Assembly (NCBI GenBank): GCA_949289005.1
Contig: CASEMQ010000033.1
Coordinates: 1,472 to 65,471 of the forward strand
Direction of reading: 5' to 3'
Length of the DNA: 64,000 nt
Source of the DNA: an uncultured Lentisphaeraceae bacterium
GTDB lineage: Bacteria; Verrucomicrobiota; Kiritimatiellia; RFP12; DVOR01
Positions 55,579 to 63,828 of the stretch are shown in pieces. Every line of letters starts with the position of its first letter. Within the stretch, counting starts at the first letter, position 1. The notes under the pieces were generated by a model. The model was not told where the DNA came from. It was given only the letters and a program-made list of their open reading frames with translations, and made no database searches. A program made the translations under genes and the position numbers.

Positions 55579-56772
55579 TTATGCGAAGTGCCATCCCGAG
55601 ACCTTTCCCGTGTTGTGGTAGACGTAGACCTTCAGCGTGTGGCGCCCGTATCGTTCTGTGTAGACCGCTTGCGTCCCCGGCGGCGGATCCAGATAGTCCG
55701 GCGTCGTCCCGTCCGGGAACTTGAGCGTGCGTTCCCCGTGCTTGACGGCATGGATGGCGGCGGGGAGCCACTCCAGATTCTCCGGCTTGGGGGTGTTGTC
55801 CTTCCGCCTTTGGCCAAAGCGATAGTGGTCACGGGCAAAGCGGTCGAAGCGGATGGCCCTGCCGTCTGAGCTCTTGACCGAGAATCCGTCATTGAGTGCC
55901 CGTTCGGCCTCCTGCCGCGAGCATTTACCCTTGTGTCCCACAATGGGGGATTTGCCCTTCGTTCCGCCATGTCTCGGGTCGTGGCACTCGCCGTCCTTGT
56001 CTAGGAAGGAGCCGTCCTGCGGGCATTGCTTGGCCTTGTTTCGGATGGCGCGGAGGGTGAGGGCGGTGATGAGGAGGGCGGCGGCGCGGCGGGCGGCGCG
56101 GTTGGTGGCCTCGCCGAGCAGGCCCAGTTCCTTGGTCTCGAGGCGGTCGACGTGGACCCAGGCGTAGGAGGAGCCGAAGGCGAAGGGCGGATAGGGGTTG
56201 CCGAGGGTGTCCCGGAAGCCGCCCGCGCCGTCGCCCAGCGCCTGCCAGATGGGGGAGGATTTGAGGGCGACCATCTTGGTGCGGTGTGCGCCCTGCCAGG
56301 CGACGCGCTCGCCGGCGGCCTTCCAGCGTTGGGGCCAGTCGGTGCGGTGGTGTTTGCGGTAGCCGGTGCTGAGCAGCTCCCAGGCGGGGAAGAGGGCGGC
56401 GACCTGCGGGTCCTCGCTCTCGGCCAGCCGGGCCAGCGAGGCGGCGGTCTTTTGGTTGGTGTCGAGGACGAGGTTGAGGCGCGCGAGGGTTCGGGCGTCC
56501 TTGAGCGTCCCTTCCGTGCCGGGCTCGGGCGCGTAGCCGAGCTGGGCGAGCGTGTCGGTGAGGGCGAGGCGCGCGGCGGAGGCGTCGAGCGTGCCGTCGG
56601 CCACCTGCATGAGCACGGCCTGCACGCGGTCGAGGTAGCCCTGGAGCGTCATGCGCGCGGAGAAGAGGGCCTGCTCGCGCAGGCGCTGGGACCAGCGGGC
56701 GCGGATGCCCGCGGTGTCCAGCGCCGTGGGCGTTGGGGTCTTGAGGCCGATGATCTCCGCGACGGACGGCAT
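55579..56772 (-). CDS. MuF/SPP1-gp7-like minor head protein (tentative) with ~150-aa basic C-terminal extension
   Basis: Central region YRKHHRTDWPQRW ... NPYPPFAFGSSYAW resembles the MuF core. The C-terminus is His/Lys/Arg-rich. CGACTGAAAGGAG RBS context. Confidence 0.4.
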   Translation of the reverse strand: MPSVAEIIGLKTPTPTALDTAGIRARWSQRLREQALFSARMTLQGYLDRVQAVLMQVADGTLDASAARLALTDTLAQLGYAPEPGTEGTLKDARTLARLNLVLDTNQKTAASLARLAESEDPQVAALFPAWELLSTGYRKHHRTDWPQRWKAAGERVAWQGAHRTKMVALKSSPIWQALGDGAGGFRDTLGNPYPPFAFGSSYAWVHVDRLETKELGLLGEATNRAARRAAALLITALTLRAIRNKAKQCPQDGSFLDKDGECHDPRHGGTKGKSPIVGHKGKCSRQEAERALNDGFSVKSSDGRAIRFDRFARDHYRFGQRRKDNTPKPENLEWLPAAIHAVKHGERTLKFPDGTTPDYLDPPPGTQAVYTERYGRHTLKVYVYHNTGKVSGWHFA

Positions 56773-56941
56773 GGGGTGCTCCTTTCAGTCGCACGGTAAA
56801 TGGTAAATGGCAATTGGTAAGTGGTGGTTGGTGGGGGTGGCACGGCCACCGCGGGATCGCCCCACGCCCCGGCGACTTCTTTGTCGCCCGTCAGGGCGGG
56901 GCTATTTACCATTTACCATTTACCATTTACGAATTGCCATT
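56773..56941 (-). repeat. Junction element: inverted GGTAAAT / ATTTACC arrays around GC hairpins
   Basis: GGTAAATGGTAAATGGCAATTGGTAAGTGGTGG (56795-56827), GTCGCCCG-tca-GGGCGGG (56883-56900), CTATTTACCATTTACCATTTACCATTTACGAATTGCCATT (56902-56941, covering the last codons of the upstream gene). Confidence 0.85.
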
Positions 56942-57232
56942 CTTGAACACGCAGTAGGCGTTTTGGATGAGGGTGTCCTTGACGTTGTCGGCGAGCTCGC
57001 GGCCCTCGGAGCGGAGCTTGACGGTGAGGGCCTCGAAGGCGGCGTCGAAGGCGGCGTTGCCCTTGAGGCCGTTCTCGGCCGCGGCCTTGACGGAGTCGTA
57101 GGCCAGGTGCTGGAGCTCGGCGTCGTTGAGGAGGTCGAGGACCTCCTGGGCGATGGATTTGGCGGTGAGGGTGAAGAGCTGCGCCAGCTTGGGGCGGAGC
57201 CAGTCCCAGAGTTTTTTGAGCCAGTCGATCAT
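56927..57232 (-). CDS. Small phage protein, 101 aa (Holin_LLH-like pattern, tentative)
   Basis: Amphipathic/hydrophobic N-terminus, then an AYDSVKAAAENGLKGNAAFDAAFEAL ... TLIQNAY pattern reminiscent of LL-H holin family proteins. Confidence 0.35.
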   Translation of the reverse strand: MIDWLKKLWDWLRPKLAQLFTLTAKSIAQEVLDLLNDAELQHLAYDSVKAAAENGLKGNAAFDAAFEALTVKLRSEGRELADNVKDTLIQNAYCVFKNGNS

Positions 57233-57373
57233 GGTGTTTCTCCTTTTGGGTGGAAGTTTGGAAGATTGGAGGCTTGGAGGCTTGGGTTGCGCGACGGATG
57301 AAACCGCGGATCTCGCGGATTTTGGCAGATTTGGGGCGTGCTGCCGCACGCGGGACTGCCAGTGTGGGAAGGC
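57233..57373 (-). repeat. Junction element: GGAAGNTT array + palindromes + conserved 35-bp box
   Basis: GGAAGTTTGGAAGATTGGAGGCTTGGAGGCTTGGG (57252-57286), CCGCGGATCTCGCGG, and the box GATTTGGGGCGTGCTGCCGCACGCGGGACTGCCAG (57328-57362). Confidence 0.85.
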
Positions 57374-57616
57374 TCAGTCGGCGTCGAGGAGTTCGAGCAT
57401 GACGGAATCGGGGACGAACCATCCGGTGGCGCCGTCTTGCATTTCCACGTAGACGCGGTGGCCCTGCGGGTCGGGGTCCTGCGGTGCCACCGGCACCACC
57501 TCGCGGTCGGCGGGGACGACGGTGTAGGTGGTGCACCCGGCGTAGGTCAGGCAGGCGAGAAGTCCGCCCGTCGCGGCGAGCGCGATGAGGAGGAGGTTGA
57601 GGGCGCGGTCGGTCAT
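57374..57616 (-). CDS. Small lipoprotein (80 aa)
   Basis: Signal peptide with lipobox-like LLAC/YAGC. Pro/Asp-rich mature part. CCACTGAAAGGAG RBS context. Confidence 0.6.
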   Translation of the reverse strand: MTDRALNLLLIALAATGGLLACLTYAGCTTYTVVPADREVVPVAPQDPDPQGHRVYVEMQDGATGWFVPDSVMLELLDAD

Positions 57617-57701
57617 TGGGTTCTCCTTTCAGTGGAACGGAAGTTTGGAGATTTGGAAGGTTGGAGGCTTGGCGATTCGCGATTCACGATTCGCGATTCA
57701 C
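57617..57701 (-). repeat. Junction element: GGAAGNTT array directly abutting the 29-mer CGATTCGCGATTCAC array
   Basis: GGAAGTTTGGAGATTTGGAAGGTTGGAGGCTTGG (57639-57672) followed by CGATTCGCGATTCACGATTCGCGATTCAC (57673-57701). The stop codon of the upstream small ORF lies in the last repeat unit. Confidence 0.9.
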
Positions 57702-57865
57702 GGGCGCTTGGCGCCCCTCCTTTCCTGGAGGATGCGGTTCATTTCTTTGCGGTCGTGGGTGGCGACGGCGCGGCGGGCCTGGTTTGCGCGGACCGTGCGG
57801 CGGCCCTGCAGCCAGGCCGCGAGGGCGAGGCAGAGGGCGTGCAGGATGTCGAGCAGCTTGGTCAT
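57698..57865 (-). CDS. Small protein, 55 aa (hydrophobic N-terminus, basic C-terminus)
   Basis: Not in the ORF track because it is under 60 aa. AGGAGG lies 6 nt before the ATG. The ATGA overlaps the stop of the upstream gene. Translation: [23 protein letters not shown]... Confidence 0.5.
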   Translation of the reverse strand: MTKLLDILHALCLALAAWLQGRRTVRANQARRAVATHDRKEMNRILQERRGAKRP

Positions 57866-59013
57866 GGGGTCTCCTCCTGGGTGGCGAAGGGCGGGTAGGG
57901 CGGCGCCTTGCCAGGGTTATGGCGGGGCTTGGCGGAGGCGCGTGCGGAGAGGGTGGTGGTGGCCGTGGGGAATAAGGAGTGCTCGTCGTGGGTGAGCTCG
58001 CTTTCGGGGATGAGGCCTCGGCGAGCCATCTCGGCGGCGTCTCGGGCGCGGATGGTCTGGAGCTCCGCGTCGGTGAGCAGCCGCCGGAAGCCCTTCCCGC
58101 CCCAGAGGCGGTAGGTGACGTCGAGCCCATTGTAGGTTCTTGGGCGCGTGCAGAGGAAGGGGAAGACGGTGGCGGGCGCGGGGAGGGCGTCGGCCCCGTA
58201 GAGGGGGAGGGTGACGGTGACGTCCTCCTCGGCCGTGCGGCAGCCGTCGGGGTAGTAGGCGCGTGCGCGCACCGTGGCCACCTGGTTGGTGACGGCCACC
58301 TGCAGCGTCGCCATCCCCCACTGCGAGGCCAGCAGGATGGGGGAGGAGTCGCCGGCCTCCTTGTAGCCGAGGCATTCGGTGAGGTAGCAGCGCACGAGCT
58401 TGGGCGCGGCCACCTCCAGCGTCCACGAGCCCGTGGTCGTGAGGGTGAGCGGTTTGCCGTCCCGCACCGTCAGCGGCACGCCCAGGTGCGTCCCCGCCGC
58501 GTGGGTGTTGGCGTCCATGAAGCCGCCGTCGAGCGTCGTCTCCTCCGAGCAGGTCAGGTTGTAGGCGATGTTCCCCTGGCGGATGGGATACGCCTCCGAG
58601 CCCGGCACGAAGCAACCTTCCGGCCAGGGGTCTGCCCACGTCTTGCTCCCCGTGCCGCTCTCCGGGCCGATGAAGGTGGTCCCCACGGCCTTGCCGATGG
58701 CCTCGTCGGGGACGTGGAAGAAAATCGGGAACCAGTAGCTGTCCGAGCCGTCGAGGTTGGCCCAGACCACGAAGGTGGCCTCGGTGATGGGGGCTTCGGC
58801 GCGGAAGAAGCCGCCCGTCTGCCAAGGGAAGTTCTCCGCCCCGGATTGGGCGTTGGCGAAGGTGTCGCCCACCGTGGCCGGGCCCATGAGGGTGGGCTCC
58901 AGAACGGGCGTGCGCAGGAGCGGCACCTGCCCCTCCGCGCCGAAAACGAATGCGGCCGGCGCGCCCAGGCCGATGAGCGCGGTGGCGGTGAGGCAACGGA
59001 ACACGTCAAACAT
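57862..59013 (-). CDS. Signal-peptide-bearing protein of unknown function (383 aa), translationally coupled to the fibre gene
   Basis: AGGAGG RBS. N-terminal signal-like [20 protein letters not shown]. Overlaps the fibre gene stop by 8 nt. Confidence 0.65.
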   Translation of the reverse strand: MFDVFRCLTATALIGLGAPAAFVFGAEGQVPLLRTPVLEPTLMGPATVGDTFANAQSGAENFPWQTGGFFRAEAPITEATFVVWANLDGSDSYWFPIFFHVPDEAIGKAVGTTFIGPESGTGSKTWADPWPEGCFVPGSEAYPIRQGNIAYNLTCSEETTLDGGFMDANTHAAGTHLGVPLTVRDGKPLTLTTTGSWTLEVAAPKLVRCYLTECLGYKEAGDSSPILLASQWGMATLQVAVTNQVATVRARAYYPDGCRTAEEDVTVTLPLYGADALPAPATVFPFLCTRPRTYNGLDVTYRLWGGKGFRRLLTDAELQTIRARDAAEMARRGLIPESELTHDEHSLFPTATTTLSARASAKPRHNPGKAPPYPPFATQEETP

Positions 59014-60751
59014 TGGAATCCTCCTTCAGGATTGGGGTCAGGTAGACCATGTCGCCCACCTTGTAGGCCGTGGCGTGGTAGGTCGCGCCCGCCTCCAGCG
59101 TCGCGTAGCCCACGATGCGGATGTTGTCGCCCACGCCGGTGAAGGCCGCGGGGAGGACGAGGCGGACGAAGAGCTGCGCGCCGTCCGTCCATCCGGTGGC
59201 CGAGGCCGTGAGCGTCGCGCCGGTGGGCGAGACGGTGAGCATGGAGCAGGCGTCGTGCCATTGGATCACGTTGTCGCTCTGCGCGGTGTCGGCGGGCAGA
59301 TCTACGTAGAGGCCGTCGGTGCCGCACTTGATGCCGCCGCCCGAGCGTAGGGCGACGTTCAGTTGGTTGGGGCTGACGGTGGTTTTCAGCCCGTTCCCCA
59401 CTCGGAGCTCCAGTCCGTCCGTGCCGATCCCCAGACCGGCCGGATAGAGCTTCAGCGAGAGGACGCCCTCCGCGCTCTTCTCCAGCCCGTCGCCGGCGGT
59501 GACGGATGCGTCGTCGCCGGGGTCACCCTTGTCCCCCTTGGGGCCTTGGGGCCCTTGGGGGCCGGTCGCGCCTTGTGGCCCCGTGTCGCCCGTGTCGCCC
59601 TTCGGCCCCTGCGGCCCCTGCGGGCCGGTCGCGCCGTCCTGCCCGTCGGCGCCGTCCTTGCCTGCGGGGCCTTGGGGGCCGGTGTCGCCGGTGTCGCCCT
59701 TCGGGCCTTGGGGGCCAACCTCGCCTTGGGGCCCCTGCGCGCCGTCCTGGCCGGGGTCGCCCTTGTCGCCTTTCTCGCCCTTTTCGCCTTGGGGGCCTTG
59801 GGGGCCGGGGGTGAGCTCGATTTCGTCGATGGCCTGGCGGATGTCGGCGTGGGCGTCGGCGGCGCGGTTGTGGGCGACAATCTTGTTGGCGACGTCGAGG
59901 ATGCGGGCGATGCTCTCGTCGAGCTCCTCGCCGGCGGGGGAGAGGACGTAGACGCGCGCCGGCGTCACCCCGTCGGCCGCGTGGACGGTGATGGCGCGGG
60001 CCTGGAAGAGGGTGGCGCCCCGGAGGTCGGCGACGCCCTGCCCCGCCTGCGTGCCGATGATCAGGCCGCCGACGCCGCCCTGCTGGACGAGGATGGCCCA
60101 GAGCCCCGCGACGTCGAGCGGCGTGGCGCGCGCGGGCTGGGCGGGATCGTAGAGCCCGACGTAGCGCAGGTCGGCGCGGACGAGGGTGAGGGCGCCCACC
60201 TGCTCGGCGGTGACGGCGTGGGGGTTGTCCGTGCGCGTGGCGTGGGCCTCGATGGCGTCCCCCAGCTTGTCGAGTTCGGATTCGGGGAGGAGCTGGGCGG
60301 GGGTGAAGCCTGGGCTGGGGGCGAGGTCGAGGGTGCCGTAGGCGCGGAAGGAGGCGCCGCCGGGGGTCTCAAGGGCGAGGAAGAAGCGGACGCGGTCGGC
60401 GCCCGTGTCGCAGTCGGGCCCCCAGTCGGCGGAGAGCTCGCCCGTCGCGGGGTCGTAGGCGCCGGCCTTGGCGTACCATTCGTCCTCGCCCATGCCGTCG
60501 GTCTGCCAGCGGAGGGCGACGGCGCCGCCGGAGAGGCCGGTGAGGGGCGCGCCATACTGCAGCGGCACGCAGGCGAGGGTGAAGGTCTCGCCGTGGAAGG
60601 CGCGCGCGCGGAAGGGCTTGGGGGCGCTCACCTCGGTCTGCCAGGCGAAGCGCAGGGGCGCGGAGGGAACCGCCGATCCCGCGGATTGGGTGCGGATTTG
60701 GGGCGTGCTGCCGCACGCAGGACTGCCAGATTGATTGATGTTTTCTGCCAT
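59006..60751 (-). CDS. Collagen-like-repeat fibre protein (581 aa)
   Basis: 33 uninterrupted G-X-Y triplets (nt 59510-59806). [14 protein letters not shown] motif, common in phage fibres. GGAG RBS before the ATG at 60751. Confidence 0.75.
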   Translation of the reverse strand: MAENINQSGSPACGSTPQIRTQSAGSAVPSAPLRFAWQTEVSAPKPFRARAFHGETFTLACVPLQYGAPLTGLSGGAVALRWQTDGMGEDEWYAKAGAYDPATGELSADWGPDCDTGADRVRFFLALETPGGASFRAYGTLDLAPSPGFTPAQLLPESELDKLGDAIEAHATRTDNPHAVTAEQVGALTLVRADLRYVGLYDPAQPARATPLDVAGLWAILVQQGGVGGLIIGTQAGQGVADLRGATLFQARAITVHAADGVTPARVYVLSPAGEELDESIARILDVANKIVAHNRAADAHADIRQAIDEIELTPGPQGPQGEKGEKGDKGDPGQDGAQGPQGEVGPQGPKGDTGDTGPQGPAGKDGADGQDGATGPQGPQGPKGDTGDTGPQGATGPQGPQGPKGDKGDPGDDASVTAGDGLEKSAEGVLSLKLYPAGLGIGTDGLELRVGNGLKTTVSPNQLNVALRSGGGIKCGTDGLYVDLPADTAQSDNVIQWHDACSMLTVSPTGATLTASATGWTDGAQLFVRLVLPAAFTGVGDNIRIVGYATLEAGATYHATAYKVGDMVYLTPILKEDSNV

Positions 60752-60814
60752 CGGTTTTCTCCGTCGCCCGTCAGGGCGTTGCCAAGCTTCCAAGCCTCCA
60801 AACTTCCAAGCTTC
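60752..60814 (-). repeat. Junction element: GC hairpin + CCAAGCTT-type array
   Basis: GTCGCCCG-tca-GGGCG (60763-60778), then CCAAGCTTCCAAGCCTCCAAACTTCCAAGCTTC (60782-60814), the inverse of the GGAAGNTT arrays. Confidence 0.85.
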
Positions 60815-61245
60815 TAGTCGAGGATATGGTTGTGGGTGACGGAAATCTGGGGAGTGGGGAGGGCGACGGCGTCGGGGGCCTCGAGGTTTTCGTTCTCGGG
60901 CGGGGCGTAAGAGACCTTGGCGAGGGCGTCGCGGACGGCCATGGCGCGGTCCCACTCGGCCACGCGGCGCTCGTCGAGGAGTCCGCGCATCCCCGGCAGG
61001 CGCGTGAAGGCGCGGTAGCGGAAGTCGGCCAGGACGTGGATGAGGATCTCGCTGGGCACCGCGTCGGTGCGCTTGTCGAGGGCGGTGACGCGGCGGAGGC
61101 CGCCGCGCCAGTCCTCGGCGACCTCGTGGGCGATGGCCGCGAGGGGGGCCTCCTGCCCCCAGCCGGCGGCGGCGTTGGCCAGCGCGTCGTGCTCGGGGGC
61201 GGAGAGGCGGCTCAGCAGGGTGTCGGCGGTGAGGATTTGCCACAT
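60814..61245 (-). CDS. DUF1320 (Mu gp36-like) head-tail connector protein
   Basis: 143 aa. The N-terminal [12 protein letters not shown] pattern and the position right after the capsid gene are typical of the family. Confidence 0.6.
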   Translation of the reverse strand: MWQILTADTLLSRLSAPEHDALANAAAGWGQEAPLAAIAHEVAEDWRGGLRRVTALDKRTDAVPSEILIHVLADFRYRAFTRLPGMRGLLDERRVAEWDRAMAVRDALAKVSYAPPENENLEAPDAVALPTPQISVTHNHILD

Positions 61246-61372
61246 ATGCTCGCTCCTTTCAGTCGCTCGGTTGTCGGTTTTGGGTTTTCGGTTTTCGGTT
61301 GGTTTGTCGCCCCGCAGGGGCGCAACCGGCTACCGATGGCCGTCAACCGACGACCGGGGCGCGAAGCGCCCC
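61246..61372 (-). repeat. Junction element: inverted CGGTTTT / AACCG arrays around GC hairpin
   Basis: CGGTTGTCGGTTTTGGGTTTTCGGTTTTCGGTTGG (61268-61302), GTCGCCCC-gca-GGGGCGC (61306-61323), CAACCGGCTACCGATGGCCGTCAACCGACGACCGG (61323-61357), GGGGCGC-gaa-GCGCCCC. Confidence 0.85.
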
Positions 61373-62281
61373 TCACGCCGTCGCGGCGGAGACGAGGCGG
61401 ATGCACTTTTCGGGCTGTGCGAGGGCGGCGCCGAAGAGGGCCTCGATGGTGGCGTAGTTGGAGCCGGTGGCGGGGTCGCCGTGGCGGCGTGCGCCGAGGA
61501 CGAGGCCGGAGACTTCGTCGCGGGTGGTGCCGATCTCCTCGTAGACGGAGGGGGAGAGGACGGGGACGAGGCGCGCGGCGACGACCATGCCATCGGTGGG
61601 GATGAGGGCGCCGTTGAGCTTTTCGTCGGCGGAGGCGGAGAGGTCGCCGTTCTCCATGACGGCCTTGAAGCCGTAGAGGCCCTGGACGATGCCGAGCCGG
61701 ATGGCCTCGGGGCCGCCGTAGACGTTGGCGTCGAGGGTGGCGAGGAGGTCGGCGAAGAGCTTGGGGGAGAGCATGAGGACGGTCTCGCCGGGGTCGATGT
61801 CGGCCTTGGCGCAGGCGTCTCGGAGCTGCGCGACGGTGGTCTTGGAGACGGAGGAGAAGACGACCTCGTTGGTGGCGGACTTCTTGATGTTGGTCTTGTT
61901 GATGAGTGCGGAGACGGAGGAGGCGATGGCCTTGGAGATGGCGATGCCGCTGGCCTCGCCGGCCTTGCCCCAGAAGTTGGTGCCGTTGACGAGGGTGAAG
62001 TCTTTGTCGGTGAAGCCGAAGGTGTGCTTGACGTGGTGGTCGAAGGTGACGGGGACGTAGATGACGGTGCCGTCGACGGTCTCGTAGTTGTTGGTGGAGG
62101 CGTTGAACTCGGAGGCGGCGTCGTGCTTGAAGACGGGGACCTTCATGGTGGTGCCGGGCTGGACGGCGTCGGCGGAGAAGTCGGTGGCGAAGTAGCCGAC
62201 CTTGGCCAGGGCCTTGCGGGAGGCGATGATGGCCTTGTCGGTGGAGAAGGTCAGATTGGGGGAGGTGAGGGAAGTGGCCAT
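61373..62281 (-). CDS. Major capsid protein (302 aa)
   Basis: Follows the protease/scaffold gene. Size and composition fit HK97-fold/Mu gpT-like coat proteins. Slightly lower GC than its neighbours. Confidence 0.7.
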   Translation of the reverse strand: MATSLTSPNLTFSTDKAIIASRKALAKVGYFATDFSADAVQPGTTMKVPVFKHDAASEFNASTNNYETVDGTVIYVPVTFDHHVKHTFGFTDKDFTLVNGTNFWGKAGEASGIAISKAIASSVSALINKTNIKKSATNEVVFSSVSKTTVAQLRDACAKADIDPGETVLMLSPKLFADLLATLDANVYGGPEAIRLGIVQGLYGFKAVMENGDLSASADEKLNGALIPTDGMVVAARLVPVLSPSVYEEIGTTRDEVSGLVLGARRHGDPATGSNYATIEALFGAALAQPEKCIRLVSAATA

Positions 62282-62333
62282 TGGAGTGTCCTTTTGGAAG
62301 GTTGGAAGTTTGGAGGCTTGGCTGCCTTGGGTC
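62282..62333 (-). repeat. Junction element: solitary GGAAGNTT array
   Basis: GGAAGGTTGGAAGTTTGGAGGCTTGG (62296-62321). Confidence 0.85.
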
Positions 62334-62750
62334 TCAGAGGAGGCCGCGTTCGATGGCGGCGCAGCGCTCCTCGGGGGAGTTGCAGGCGGCCAGGGGGTTG
62401 GCGGGGGCGGCCGGGCGGCGGGCGGCGGCGGCGTTGCAGACGGGGCGCGCGGCGGGGGCGGGCGCGGGGGCCTTGAGGCAGGCGAGGGTGGCCTTGACCG
62501 TGTCGCGGTTGGCCACGTAGAGGCGCTTGAAGGCGTCGCGGTTGGCGATCTTGTCCTTGTTCTCCTCGGCGACGGCGTCGGCCTCGGCGTTGAGCGCCGC
62601 CTCCTGCGCCTGCGCGACGGTCTGCGCGAGGCCTTCGGCGGCCTGGATGATGGCCGCGTCGTCGGCGTCGGGGCCGAGGCCGAGGATCTCGAGGAGGCGC
62701 GCGCGGAGGTCGGGCGCGGCGGGGGTGGGTTCGGTGGTGTCTTCGTTCAT
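62334..62750 (-). CDS. Scaffold protein, nested in frame in the 3' part of the protease gene (Mu gpZ-like arrangement)
   Basis: Internal ATG at 62750 with its own CGACTGAAAGGAG context. Acidic/Ala-rich helical peptide (LAQTVAQAQEAALNAEADAVAEENKDK). Confidence 0.6.
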   Translation of the reverse strand: MNEDTTEPTPAAPDLRARLLEILGLGPDADDAAIIQAAEGLAQTVAQAQEAALNAEADAVAEENKDKIANRDAFKRLYVANRDTVKATLACLKAPAPAPAARPVCNAAAARRPAAPANPLAACNSPEERCAAIERGLL

Positions 62751-63383
62751 GGTGGGGTTTCTCCTTTCAGTCGAAACGGTTTGAGGTTGTCGGTTAAAAG
62801 TTCGTTCGCTTCGCTCACTGTCGGTTGGTTTGTCGCCCCACAGGGGCGAACCGAGAACCGTCAACCGAGAACCGTCAACCTGCCCGGGAGCCCGATTCAT
62901 AATCGGGCGGACGGGCAGATTGGGCTTGTTGGTGAGGCCCACGGAGACCAAGCGCACGGGGCGGCCGTGTGGGTCGAGCTCCCAGACGGGGGAGAGGAAG
63001 CGGAGGCGGCGGTTGGAGACGGCGTCGGCCCCCGCGTCGGTGAAGCGGAAGGTGGCCATGAGGCCCTTGGCGGGGTCGACGCGCACGCGCTGCACCCAGG
63101 CCGCCGCCTCGGTGTCGCCGCCGGTCTCGGCGTGGTGCTCGAAGTCGACGAGGACCTCCGGGCGGAAGTTGGCCACCACGGCCTCGAAGGCCGCCCGGTC
63201 GCACCGCTGGATCACGCGCTCATCCCCGCGCAGGCCGGGATAGTTCCCGTAGGGCGAGAGCTGCACCTCCAATTCCGCGCCGGCCTTGAGGCCGCCTTGG
63301 GAATTGGGGAGAACGGCGAACGGCGAGCGGTGAGCGGTTCGCCCCGCCGGGGCGTCCAAATCGTCTCTGTCCAACGCATCCAT
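62334..63383 (-). CDS. Mu gpI-like prohead protease fused in frame to scaffold
   Basis: The N-terminal ~190 aa resemble Mu-like prophage protein I (FEHH ... AAAW ... RFLSPVW ... GLTNKPNL). There is no stop before the scaffold part. GAAGGA RBS before the ATG at 63383. Confidence 0.65.
   Translation of the reverse strand: MDALDRDDLDAPAGRTAHRSPFAVLPNSQGGLKAGAELEVQLSPYGNYPGLRGDERVIQRCDRAAFEAVVANFRPEVLVDFEHHAETGGDTEAAAWVQRVRVDPAKGLMATFRFTDAGADAVSNRRLRFLSPVWELDPHGRPVRLVSVGLTNKPNLPVRPIMNRAPGQVDGSRLTVLGSPLWGDKPTDSERSERTFNRQPQTVSTERRNPTMNEDTTEPTPAAPDLRARLLEILGLGPDADDAAIIQAAEGLAQTVAQAQEAALNAEADAVAEENKDKIANRDAFKRLYVANRDTVKATLACLKAPAPAPAARPVCNAAAARRPAAPANPLAACNSPEERCAAIERGLL
62751..62917 (-). repeat. 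Junction-type element embedded in frame in the protease-scaffold linker
   Basis: CGGTTTGAGGTTGTCGGTT ... GTTCGTTCGCTTCGCTCACTGTCGGTTGG, GTCGCCCC-aca-GGGGCGAA (62832-62850), GAACCGAGAACCGTCAACCGAGAACCGTCAACC (62849-62880), and the CCCGATT-cat-AATCGGG hairpin. Confidence 0.85.
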
Positions 63384-63525
63384 CGTTCGTCCTTCGCTCC
63401 GTTCACCGTTCACCGATAACCGTTCACCGATAACCGCGGGCGACAGCCCGCCTGTTCATGCCCACAGTGTCGCACAGGGCCCGGGGCGACTGAAGGGTAA
63501 CTCCCGCAACTCTGCCAGGTTTGGC

Positions 63526-63564
63526 AAAAAACGGACGGCCCGCCCCGTGGGGCGAGCCGTCCGT
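63526..63564 (-). terminator. Rho-independent terminator inside the control region
   Basis: On the minus strand, ACGGACGGC-tcgccccacggggcgg-GCCGTCCGT is followed by TTTTTTG. Confidence 0.65.
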
Positions 63565-63668
63565 TGGTTTTCGGTTTTCGGTTCGTTCGCTGCGCTCACT
63601 GTCGGTTTTCGGTTTGACCCGTCGCGCGGCTCGCCGCGCGCAACCGATAACCGATGACCGATAACCAC

Positions 63669-63738
63669 GGGGTCTCGGCGGCGGCCGCCGCCGAGACCCC
63701 GTTGCAAAGGCCCTTGCAAGCGTTGCAAAACGTTGCAA
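63669..63738. promoter_or_regulatory. Perfect 32-bp palindrome followed by 4x TTGCAA (candidate operator array)
   Basis: GGGGTCTCGGCGGCGGCCGCCGCCGAGACCCC (63669-63700). TTGCAA at 63702, 63714, 63723 and 63733 (spacings 12, 9 and 10). Confidence 0.5.
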
Positions 63739-63828
63739 AGATTTTCCGCGTGGGATTTTGCCTCCCGCCCTCCCCGGCGCGTCTACGGGGCGTTCTCGCG
63801 GGTGTGTGCGCGGCGTCCCGCCGCGCGG

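Noticed and set aside
59510-59806. 9-nt periodic DNA repeat as a non-coding satellite
   Set aside because: It is the coding sequence of Gly-X-Y collagen-like triplets, in frame within the fibre ORF.
59006-61243. 745-aa version of the fibre ORF
   Set aside because: The first 164 aa are an R/P-rich frame overlapping the DUF1320 gene and a junction element. An ATG with a GGAG RBS is at 60751.
63384-63413. Protease start at the GTG at 63413
   Set aside because: That codon lies inside the GTGAACGG repeat array. The ATG at 63383 has a GAAGGA RBS.
63500-63525. Sigma-54-type promoter (CTGGCAGAGTTGC on the minus strand)
   Set aside because: The GG-to-GC spacing is 9 nt instead of the required 12.
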